The notes below the pieces were generated by a model that saw only the letters and a list, made by a program, of their open reading frames with translations, did not search any database and was not told the origin of the DNA. Shown here piece by piece: positions 12,228-22,099 of a stretch of DNA of 64,000 nucleotides. The DNA comes from Marsupella aquatica (lineage: Eukaryota; Plantae; Marchantiophyta): assembly GCA_973895155.1 (NCBI GenBank), contig OZ316892.1, positions 1,429,223-1,493,222 of the forward strand, read 5' to 3'. The number at the start of each line of letters is the position of its first letter. Position 1 is the first letter of the stretch. A program made the translations under genes and the position numbers.

Positions 12228-14764
12228 TCTGGACCGCGATCAAGAAACCCGACCATGCGGACTATCTCAAGGAGCATCAGTTGGAGTAGTTCGCTCACTT
12301 GCTATGGAGACCTAACGCAGCCGGACCAAGGAAGGTTTATGAGTTCATATCAAACTTTGACATTGACGCAGCGATCACCAAGGTTTCAGGGCAAACCTTA
12401 TCACTTATGGAGCATCGGTTGGCACATATCTTTTGTCTGCCAACCGGGCCGGTGTCAGTTGAACTCCAAATTTGGGATAAAGAGTATACACCCCAGCACT
12501 TCAAACCCGAGGATAAGACGGACAACGGGTACAAGCAGGGGTTATGCACCAACTTAGTCTATATGGAGCGGCTTAACTTCATACAGACTACCTTACACAT
12601 GATTGAGCCACAATCCAAGATCTCTCTCTATACGATCGTACAGGTGGAACAGTACAAACGATGGAACTGGGCCCAATTCTTTTACAGCAAGTTCTCAGGG
12701 GAAATTAAGCGGGCTCAAGGAGGTATGTCTATCGGGGGATGGACCTACCTGGGAAGCCACATCGCCATCATCCTCACCTGGTACAAGGCGCGGCGAGAGG
12801 CCAGGGGAAAGAATATCGCCACCTCAGCCCCAACTAGTGTCACCCCCGGTCCGGAGGAGGCTACCCCGAGCGAACAGACTACCACGCCTCAGGCAAACCA
12901 CGGGCCCGTGGCCCCGACAAATATATCGCCACCTCCTCCCATTGAAATTACACCGCCCCTTTCCGTCGAGCCTCTGCTACCCCTGGTACAACCACCCCCA
13001 ATCCCTCCACCACCTGAAGAAACCTTCCCCTCCCCATTGCAGACTACGGAGGAGCTCGCCGCCCCGCTCGAGGAACCACCGGTGCCCGAGAGGATGGAGG
13101 ATTACCAAGTAGCCCTGGGGACCATGGCCTACGACCTGGTCCAGAAGTTTAGTCAGACTATGTTAGGGGAGCTAGCGACGTACATCGGACAACCGGTCTC
13201 GGCGTACTTCCAACAAGCCTTCTTCATGTTAGAGCATCAACCGCGGATCGTAAGCCGCTTGGAGGAAGAACTCATGGCAAAGGGGAACGAGATCGGGCGC
13301 CTCCAAATGCTAGAAGAACACCTCGAAAAGGAGGCCACTACCCGCCGTGAGGAGTTAGTCCGCACCATTGAACAACGGGATGGACTAAGCCAAGAGTTGA
13401 GCACGGCGCAAGCAGATCTTAAGAAGCTTGATGACACCGTGCTTCAATTGCGCTCAGAATCCTCGGCTTGGGTTACCAGCCTTATCGACCTCAACAACCA
13501 ACTTCTGCAGGCAGCTCAACAGGTGGCTAGTCTCTCCGCCGAGCAAGATAAATTGCTGGCGCAGGACTAGAACCATCGTGACTCCATCGGCCAACTCAGC
13601 CTAGAGGTGGCATGGCTCCAGACCAAGGCCGACGAAGCTACAAACGAGGCAGAGGAGGCGGTACAGGATAACAAGGCCTTGCAGGATCACATTACCCTAC
13701 TCGTCCTCCAGCGGGCAAGACCTGGACCCACCTCTAATCAAGGCGGCTCGAGGTCTCGCCCCAACAAGAAGACAAACCCTGGTCCGACCACAACACGCAC
13801 GTAAGGGGTGGTTAGCGAAGGGTGTGAACAGGCGCCGCGCGAGGCAGTTGAGTCAGCAACATCTTTTTTATTAGGCTTAACGACAGAATGGCTATCATTA
13901 GGCATCGATTAGCGGCACAGTAGGAATAATTAGGACAAGGGCAGTTAGGATCAGCCGATGTAGGATAGAGTCCATTAACAGACTAGAATTTTGGTCAGTA
14001 GACTTAGCTACTGCCACCCCGGTCAGAGATAGTGCGGCCGGTTAGTCAGAAGGTAGTTATTCAATAGGCATTACCCCGGGAGGTAGTATCCTCTGGTTTT
14101 TTTCCGCAAACGTACTATTTAGGCTTCCCCTTCCCGCTGTGGGAGGGGGAGAAGGCTTAGTTATCTTAGCGCAAGAAAAAGCGAGGCACGGGAAGTCCCG
14201 GCTTGAGTAGGGTCAGAGTGCACTAAGGAGTGAGAATCAGAGTTGAGCTTGCGGGGCAAGTGCGGGGTGGGGCTTCGTAGAGACTGGGCATCAACTGCCG
14301 TTAGGCATGCTAACCCCCTTAGAAGTTGAGTCAACTATGTAAATTGATTCTTCATTGAGTAAATATAGTCTTTTCCCTTTGATTCTACCGCGAGTAACTG
14401 GTGTTGTGTGTATGCTTTGTCTGGGCAAAGGCGTCATTTCAAGGGACGTACCGGGTGCGGACTAATGGTAGGGATTGCCACCAATTGCATGTCATAAGGT
14501 TTTGTCGCGTCGATGGCTTGAAAGCCCCAAGCCGGGAGTTAGTCTGAGTCACTAACTGTGGGAATATTCCAACGGTGGAAAACAAATATACCTATGATTA
14601 ATGCGAGTTGTGTAAGTATCATACCAATAAGTATATCGACTTAGCCCGACTTAGGGCTAATTAGGACAACTACACACCTCCTTGCCGAACCCTCACCCCT
14701 ACTGGTGGTTGCGGTTGCCCCAGGGAAATAACTCGGATTTAAGGCCCGGATTATGGGCGCGACA
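12228..14764 (+). mobile_element. 3' part of giant LTR family Y, carrying the C-terminal two-thirds of its ORF (to 13804)
   Basis: Overlaps in sequence with 57193-57705; conserved domain, then Pro-rich linker and coiled coil; ends ...GGCGCGACA. Confidence 0.8.
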
Positions 14765-15617
14765 CGTTGTCATGATAATTCAATTATTCATGATGAAATC
14801 ATTATCACTAAGTATATAAGTAAGTATATAGGTTAGCTTTATATATTGTTACGGGTAACTAAATAATTTGACTATTATGTATGTGCATGCAAGGTAAGCA
14901 ACTATGCAAACCACAAGATGCATGTGCAAATTGTTTTATTTGCATGCAATAGTCATTTTATGTGCATGCAAGGTGAGCAAATATGCAAGCCACAAGGTGC
15001 ATGCACAAATAGTTTTAGGTGCATGCAAATTATTTTATTTGCATGCATTAGTTATTTTATGTGCATGCAAGGTGAGCAAATGTGCAAGTCACAAGGTGCA
15101 TGCACAAATTGTTTTAGATGCATGCAAATTGTTTTATTTGCATGCATTAGTTGTTTTATGTGCATGCAAGGTGAGCAAATGTGTAAGCCACAAGGTGCAT
15201 GCATGCACAAATTGTTTTAGGTGCATGTATTAGTTGTTTTACTTGCATGCATTATTTGTTTTGATTACAATAGTACTAGCACACATTCCTACGTTGGATG
15301 TGTGCCACTTGGCTTTCATCCAAACATTTGGGCGTAATCCATGCCCTCATGGATTCAATATAAATAAAGTGGTGAGGGACACTCTCTCCTCATTCCCACA
15401 TTTTAATAATTTCCGCGTCGAAGTGATTCTCTTTTATTCTCTCATCTTTCTCTTCTATTCTTTGCCTTACGTACATAGTAGTGGGGCATCCTTTGGCCCG
15501 GATAGCAAAGGAATGAGTGGTAGACTTATAGATGAGACCTTAGGGAACAAGGTCTTTTTGGAAACTTAGGGGTGGGGCATCCTTTGGCCCGGATAGCAAA
15601 GAAACAAGAGAATCATT

Positions 15618-15833
15618 ATGAATCCAGGAGGGAGAGATATCCCTAATCTTCCCCTTTGTAATCCATTTTTGGTTAGAGTCCATCTTTTAGACAATCCATC
15701 CATGAGGCAACATTTAACTTATCACTTTGGAGCTCAATTTGCAGCTGCTGTTATGAGTTCTAATGAGCCAATAGTATACCCAATAGTGTCTTACCGAGAG
15801 GAGTGGGAGTGCATTATCTTTGTCCTTTATTGA
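15618..15833 (+). CDS. LTR microprotein A (family F2, 71 aa)
   Basis: Intact ATG-TGA; conserved across four LTR families. Confidence 0.72.
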   Translation: MNPGGRDIPNLPLCNPFLVRVHLLDNPSMRQHLTYHFGAQFAAAVMSSNEPIVYPIVSYREEWECIIFVLY

Positions 15834-15837
15834 AGTC

Positions 15838-16047
15838 ATGGATCTAAATAGGAGTCCAGATGACATTCCTATCTCATTTTCTCTTGGAGATATTAGGATT
15901 GTATGTCATAGAAAAATTAGTTTTCGAGATGGTGTTGATCCGCAAGTATGGTGAAGTAGGATTTAATAGTATATATTAGTTTCACTTGAACCTTTCTTAA
16001 CACCCACCACCTTTCTTACAAGAGTTATCATTTTGGTTTTAGTGTAG
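15838..16047 (+). pseudogene. LTR microprotein B (F2, 5' LTR), frameshifted
   Basis: Matches 27173-27379 except for +1 (~15931) and +2 (~15971) insertions. Confidence 0.7.
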
Positions 16048-16123
16048 AACTTATGAGCATGCAAGGTTGACTTCATAAGAGCCAACATGCTCTTACCAGA
16101 AAACACGGTCACCCGGACATAAG

Positions 16124-16141
16124 TGGCGACCATACTGGGGA
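16124..16141 (+). other. Primer-binding site, tRNA-Arg-like
   Basis: TGGCGACCATACTGGGGA just after the 5' LTR; resembles the tRNA-Arg PBS TGGCGACTCCACTGGGGA of Tat/Ogre-type gypsy elements. Confidence 0.7.
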
Positions 16142-16199
16142 ACCGTTGGATTTTGGAGTTAGCTTGTGCAAGTCTAAGTTCTAGTTGAAGAAGAGTGAT

Positions 16200-17990
16200 A
16201 TGACTTTTGGAACTATGAGTCTTTGAGTTTTCAATATATCAATAGTCAAGAGGGAAGAATTGCAATCATAAGAGTTGCAGCTGAAAGATCCAGATAGGGT
16301 CACCTAGGCATCTTTCCTTGATTGGGTGACTGACAGAAGTAAGAAGTTGGGACCTCAAGAGTTGATGAGGGAGTTTGTCAAGAAGTTCAATCAACTTCTT
16401 GAGATAGGATCTAAAGTTATCAAGGTCCAGAAGGCTACTCTACTCATCCGGGCTGCTGATGAGAAGCTTCAGGATGAGTTAGAGCTTGCTCTTGAACTAC
16501 TGAACCCGAGTCGTGGGGCTAATCAGCCAACTTGGGAGGAGGTTGAGACTACTGTGCTAAGAGTCAGTCAAAAGCACAGAAGGAAGAAACTCCATCATGA
16601 AGGTGTTCTGGACACAATAGCACCTGTGACTTCTATAAGGAGAGTGGAGAAGATGGAATCAACAATCGGTAGGGGTGAGAAGAGTGTGGACAAGATGGAT
16701 GAGTTGTCTGAACTCATGAAGAATCTTACCATTCTTGCCATCCAAGCTTTGGGACAAATTGGAGGCAACACATCGAGACCACCATCAAGAGGTAGTGGAG
16801 GAGCAGGGAGTTCTATCGGAGGACCAAGAAGCTGGAATTGCATCTGGTGTGATAGCAAAGAGCACTCTAGAAGAGAGTGTGTTGAGCTGTCTGCTACTCT
16901 AAAAGAGAGAATAGTTAAGTTTGTTGAGCATGATGGCATAAGAAAGCTTGCCTACCACGATTCGGGTGAACTTATTCTAGTCAATGCCAACAAAGGTGGC
17001 ATGAAGGTACTAGTGGAGAAGAGAATGGCTGAACATCATAACTCAGCCATTGCTGCAGCTTATGGGGACAACGGTGAGCATGAAACAGATGTCTACACTA
17101 TGTTTGGGGATCCTTCGTCAGTAGGATCCTCAAAGACAGAGAAGAAAAGGTTGGCAGAGTTTGTAAGAAGGAAATCAGGTTGGAATGATCATGTTTTGAT
17201 CTCTGCTTTTACTGCAGAAGTAGGGTCTCTATGGGATTCTATGGTGGAGGAGAAAAGAAAGTCTGTGGAGCCTTTGGAAGAACGTGCTGAAGGAAAATAG
17301 AAAGTGGATTCTGGACCTTCTACTCCTAGGCCATCATCTGATGTGCCAATGAGAAGGAGTGTTCGATTTGAGGACAGAGTAAGCACGCCAAAAGAATCTA
17401 CTTCGACCCCTTCAAAGGAGTTGGAAGTAGTAAAAAAAGGAGAAGGCAGAAAAGAAAGGACCTGGTTGGATACTTGGAAAGGATGTGGAGCAACACATAG
17501 AGTATGACCAGGTTGCTGACAAGTTTTGGAAAGCCACAGTGAGTGGAGTCACCAATGAGGAGTTTTTTGCTTGCATGAACTCCAAAGCTCAAGATGCTTT
17601 ACTTGCAAAGGTGAAGCAAAAAAGATTTTATAAAGAAGGACCTCATGCATTGGGAGCAGAGTTTTATTCTGAAGTTGGAGAGGATGGAGAAGGTTCATTT
17701 TCAAGAGCTAATACAGAGTGTCAAGTGTATCAAGTAAATGTTGAGAAGATCCCTGGACCACAGATGCTAGGGTCTTCAAAAGAGGAGATCCCTGGACCAC
17801 AGATGCCAGAGTCTTCAAAGAAGAAGATCCCTAGACCACAGATGCCAGAGTCTTCAAAGAAGAAGATCCCTAGACCACAGATGCTAGGGTTTTCAAATGA
17901 TGAAGTTTCTGGACCACAGATGCCAGAGTCTTCAAAGGAGGTAGTTTCTGAAGCAAAGATGTCATAAGCTAAGCTATTGGATTTGGGAAG
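16200..17990 (+). pseudogene. gag: G2 gag, decayed
   Basis: Zinc knuckle CIWCDSKEHSRREC; ~5 x 39-bp repeats (KIPGPQMPESSK) at ~17745-17940. Confidence 0.8.
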
Positions 17991-20900
17991 TGTCACGTCA
18001 TTAGCCTTGGCCTTAACTCGGGCTTCAGCTTTAAACGGGCACCTCCTTCGTAAATATGAGGGTTCGGGCAGGGAGGGAAGAATATAATGCACCTAATTCA
18101 CTTAAACTAGCGCTAAGTGCGCCTACTGTTAGATACGGACATCTCCTAGGTATGGTTTGTGTTCCGCCGCCGGAACGTACCTTAGTCGATAATAGGATCG
18201 ACCCCGGCTTAAGGACTTCTAAGCCTTTGTGTTGTCCGCCTTCGATCCGGATTCTATGATACAGGTCCTCAACCCGTGCTTGCAACCACATACCTGCAAG
18301 CTGCACCTCGTGCACGACTCGGGTAGTGCGTTTGGCCCGGCGTTGTCACCTATACACGAGATTCACACACACATACACGCGCACAAGCATACAATCTCGA
18401 TTTACACGAAGGAAATAATGGGAAAGGATTTTACTACATAGGGGACATGTGCGTACACTTGGTTGACCCGACAACTCTGGAATAAACAGGTCAAGGCCGA
18501 GAGAGTATACTACAACGGAGCCCGGCTCCGCACTCACCCGGCGAGCTTAGTCCTACCCCCTCCCTTTGGTACTCTTTCACTCCCAGAGGTCGGGACTCCC
18601 CGCACATACCACGGATATCCAACTCTGAGACTAAAAACCCCCCCTTGCCTCTACCGAGGGGTGCACTAAATACTAAGGGCCGAGGAACGGAGTGTCCTCC
18701 CGCCCGAAGATTTGCTGACTTAGGTCCTAACTAATCTGACTGTCAGGCCGAAAAACGGTTGTGTCTTATTAGAAGATCCTAATCTATGCAGGCTGGACAG
18801 CATGGCAATGTTGTTGTAACTAAGGCAGGTGCCTGTCCCAATAGCCTGACTTAGCTATTCCTAACCCTATTCTATTCCTACTCCGCCGCTAATGCCTGGC
18901 ACGCTTGCCAGAGCCGCCCGAGTAGGAGCGGCCATCCCACTGCTTACGAAGTCTGTGTTGTCCGCCTTGAGGAGCTGGACCTGGTCTAGCAGAGATTCGT
19001 TCTCTCGCTTTGCCGCGTCCGTCTCCTCCGCTGCCTCCTGGCATGCCTCCTCCAGCTGCTGGGCGTCGCTCGTCAGCTTGCCCGCCAGCTGGTCCTGCTT
19101 CTCGGCCTCGGTTTGGAGTCGCACCACTTCGGCCTGTAGCGTGGCTATCTCCGCAGTGTCCGGCTGGGCCCGTTCTTCGGCCTCCTCCAGGTCTTTCTGC
19201 CAGATGACAGTTTGATTCTTCAAACTGTCAATCTGGTTTCGGAGTCGTGCAATCTCGGCCTCATTCCCAGCTTTGGCCTGCTCGGCTAGGGCGGTAAGGG
19301 CGTGCGCCTTTGCTAACAACTCGTCGGCGGCTGCAACTTTGGGTCGTAGTTGCAGAAGCTCAGCCTCTTGAGCTGCAACTTCATTCTTTAAGTATACGGA
19401 CTCCACCCGGTACCGCTCTATCCTCTGAAGGGCCTCTGACTGGGCCCGACCTGCCTTTACTGCGGCAACTAACTCCTGATTGAAGAAACAGGCTACCTTC
19501 CGGGCCATGAACTCCTCGGTATCCCGGGCAATTTGATGAGAGAAATCTTCCAGAAGCCCGTTCAGAAATGTACCCGGTACGAAGAGTTCCGGGTGGTCCA
19601 GGTTGTGCCTGTCCGGAGTTGGGCATGGGCAGACGTCAACACACGCGGGGGCCGAGGCAGTGACATCTAGCCCTGGGGATGTAATGTTGGAAGGGGCTGG
19701 AGTGTCCTCTTGCAGCAATGTTCGGTTCTCCGGAATAGCCACCGGTGGGTCTTTGGGAGACCCGGGCTCGAGTAAGACCTCCGCTGTACCGACTTCTGTA
19801 CTTAGCCCGGCTTGTTGGATCGCATCTATGGTTGCGATAACCGACCCATCCGGTACCTCCTCGGTTACGACTACAGCTACTTGTGGGGTGGGTGAAGCTT
19901 GCGTGTCCGCTGGACTTCAGGCCTCGGGTTGGGGCCCTCTCTCCAAGGCCAGAAAAACCCACCTAGCTGGGACTAGCTTTGTAACGTTGACACGGGGAAG
20001 GGTTTGTCGATCAAACTGAGCATACCACTCAAGAATGATCTCGATGTGGCTAGCAAAATACGCCTTCCCGCCAATGTACAGCGTCTTCCTTCGACGCTCC
20101 ATCTCTTCATGGAATTTCTTAGCGAAGTACGACGCCCACTTCCTAGGTCGATAGTTCTCGACCTGGATAACCTGGGCGGCGGAGATCTCCCCCCGGGGTT
20201 CCATCATGTGGAGGGTGTACCTTTGGAACTCCAGTCGCTCAGCTATCTCGGGGATGAGGCAGGTCCTCATCATGAACCCGTTGTCCACTACTCCCTCTAA
20301 GGGAAAACTCGAGGATTGGTACTTGGCTCCCTTGCCCCCGGGAGCCCGTGATTCGACTCGATGGTCATCTTTGGGTAATCCGAAGATCATCTTGAGCCGT
20401 TCTTCCGTGAGGGACATATTCCTTCCCCGCAACCGAGTATGCTGACGTGCGTCATCATAATTCTTGACGAATTCTGTCATGTCCTCCCCGTAGTACCTGC
20501 AAGTGTTCTAGGGGAGAGAGGCGAGGTGCTCAAATCCCTGAGTCTTCAGGTACACCGCATGCTTGGGATGGAGGATGTTCTTATGCACATTTTCCCCCAT
20601 GCGGTGCATTGTCACCTTGGCCACGGCTACCATGGCCAATGGTAACCCGGATGCAGTGGTGGGTTCCTTCCTCTTCTTCCCCCGTGACTGGCTCGGGGAG
20701 GGTGACACCTCCCCATCCTCTCTATCGGGCATAGGTAGTGCTACCGCCGTTAATATTGAGCCCGGGGCGGCCACGGTCACCGTGTTGTCTGTTGGAGCCG
20801 CTCCTTGGGTCCGAGCATGGAGAAGGGACGATGTAGTATCGGCCCCTTGAGTATTTGCTCCTCTGGGCCGCCTGAGCAAGGGTGGGGTAGCCTCGTCATC

Positions 20901-22001
20901 GTCGCTAAGGTCCACAGCGTTGATGATGGAGCGTACTTGTACTGCTGGCGGGACGATCGGCGGTGGGGGTTGGCTAGGCTGAGACTGAGACTAAGACTGA
21001 AGCTGAGCCTGAGCCTGAGTCTGCGTTGGTGTAGGTACAGGTATGGGGTCGACTGGGTCGGCGTCGGCGGTTGCGGGTCTAGTTCCCATGAAGCTTTGCA
21101 GGTGCTGGTAGAAGTTCTCCGAAGCAAGTGCAGAGGACCTTGTCGAACGGGTAGTGCTGGACTCGCTGTTGATGATAGCCCGAACCTAAGCAGGGATGTG
21201 GTCGAAGTGATGTCGTTGCAAGTCGATCGTACCCGGGATATTGAAGACCTCGTTCGAAAACCGAAGCAATGCTTCCCAGAAACTGATATATTTGTCTTCG
21301 TTGAAGAAGTACCCAGATACCTCTGCTGGTTGGTAAAGCTCGCTTTGAGACGGGTAGTCAAAGTTAAGGATGTAGTGGCGTCGTCCTGCTAGGCGGATGG
21401 CTCTCTCGTACTCGCATTCGATTTCGTATCGGTGCGGGTTGGCGTGTTTCAATGAGTCGGCCAAGTGTCTTCCGGTAGATAGGAACTGCGTCTAGAATCG
21501 AATGGCCGAACTGGAGAGGATCGTGTGCGACATTCAGAGGAGATAGTAGTGGCGACTAAGAGTGAACAAGAGAGCTGGGGTCGAAGCTGGCGCGTGGACT
21601 GATGGACTGGTGCACTACAAAGGGTCGGCTCCCTTTTTATACCTTGAGGGCTTGTCGATCCTCCGACATCTCCTTGTTGCCTATAGGCTGAACCGTTCAC
21701 GCTTGTAGTGTGTCGGCCACTTCGCCGGTCTGAGTCACCGCGTGTCAGTGGACGCCTCTTAAAGTTTGTTATACGGACCCGAGGGAGGGGGCCCCTCCAC
21801 GCTCGTAGCCCGGGCGTGCGAATGGCGACGCGCCGCCAGCCCGAACATGAATTCCCCTTATTGACTAATGATTTCCTACTCATAATGGATACCTAAATAC
21901 TGTCGTTATGCTAATCATAGCGGCCTAAGATACCCCTAACGCGCGTGCTAAGCACGATTTAGACCAAATTACTCATCACTCGCCGTACCGGCGGTATCAC
22001 A
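17991..22001 (-). mobile_element. 4011-bp solo-LTR-like element (family X) carrying one long ORF
   Basis: TG...CA ends; perfect 5-bp TSD GGAAG (17986-17990, 22002-22006); no terminal direct repeats and no pol; TATAAAA on minus near 21635. Confidence 0.88.
18867..21533 (-). pseudogene. ~888-codon LTR-encoded protein (N-domain, plant-retrotransposon accessory-ORF-like domain, coiled coil)
   Basis: ORFs 21464, 20915, 20480 and 19742 share one frame from ATG 21533 and are broken only by five nonsense codons; motif EFVKNYD...LRGRNMSLTEERLKMIFGLP. Confidence 0.8.
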
Positions 22002-22099
22002 GGAAGATGGGAACCATTGATGGGAGAAAAGTTTGACAAGTCACAAGAAGTGGCAAAAATCAGTCAAGAAGAGGTACTCAAGGCTTCACAAAATGTGTG

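Larger units (their letters stand above)
14768..16119 (+). repeat. 5' LTR of G2 (family F2)
   Basis: Direct repeat of 26081-27451; TATAAATA near 15359; TGCATGCA-rich array at ~14880-15250. Confidence 0.95.

Noticed and set aside
11927-12289. Cys-rich ORFs (CMQGEQMCKPQGAC; also 14904, 26218, 3317)
   Set aside because: Translations of TGCATGCA-rich tandem arrays that are open in several frames and strands.
18892-21392. Long plus-strand ORFs within element X
   Set aside because: Antisense shadows of the GC-rich minus-strand gene; no conservation in family Y.
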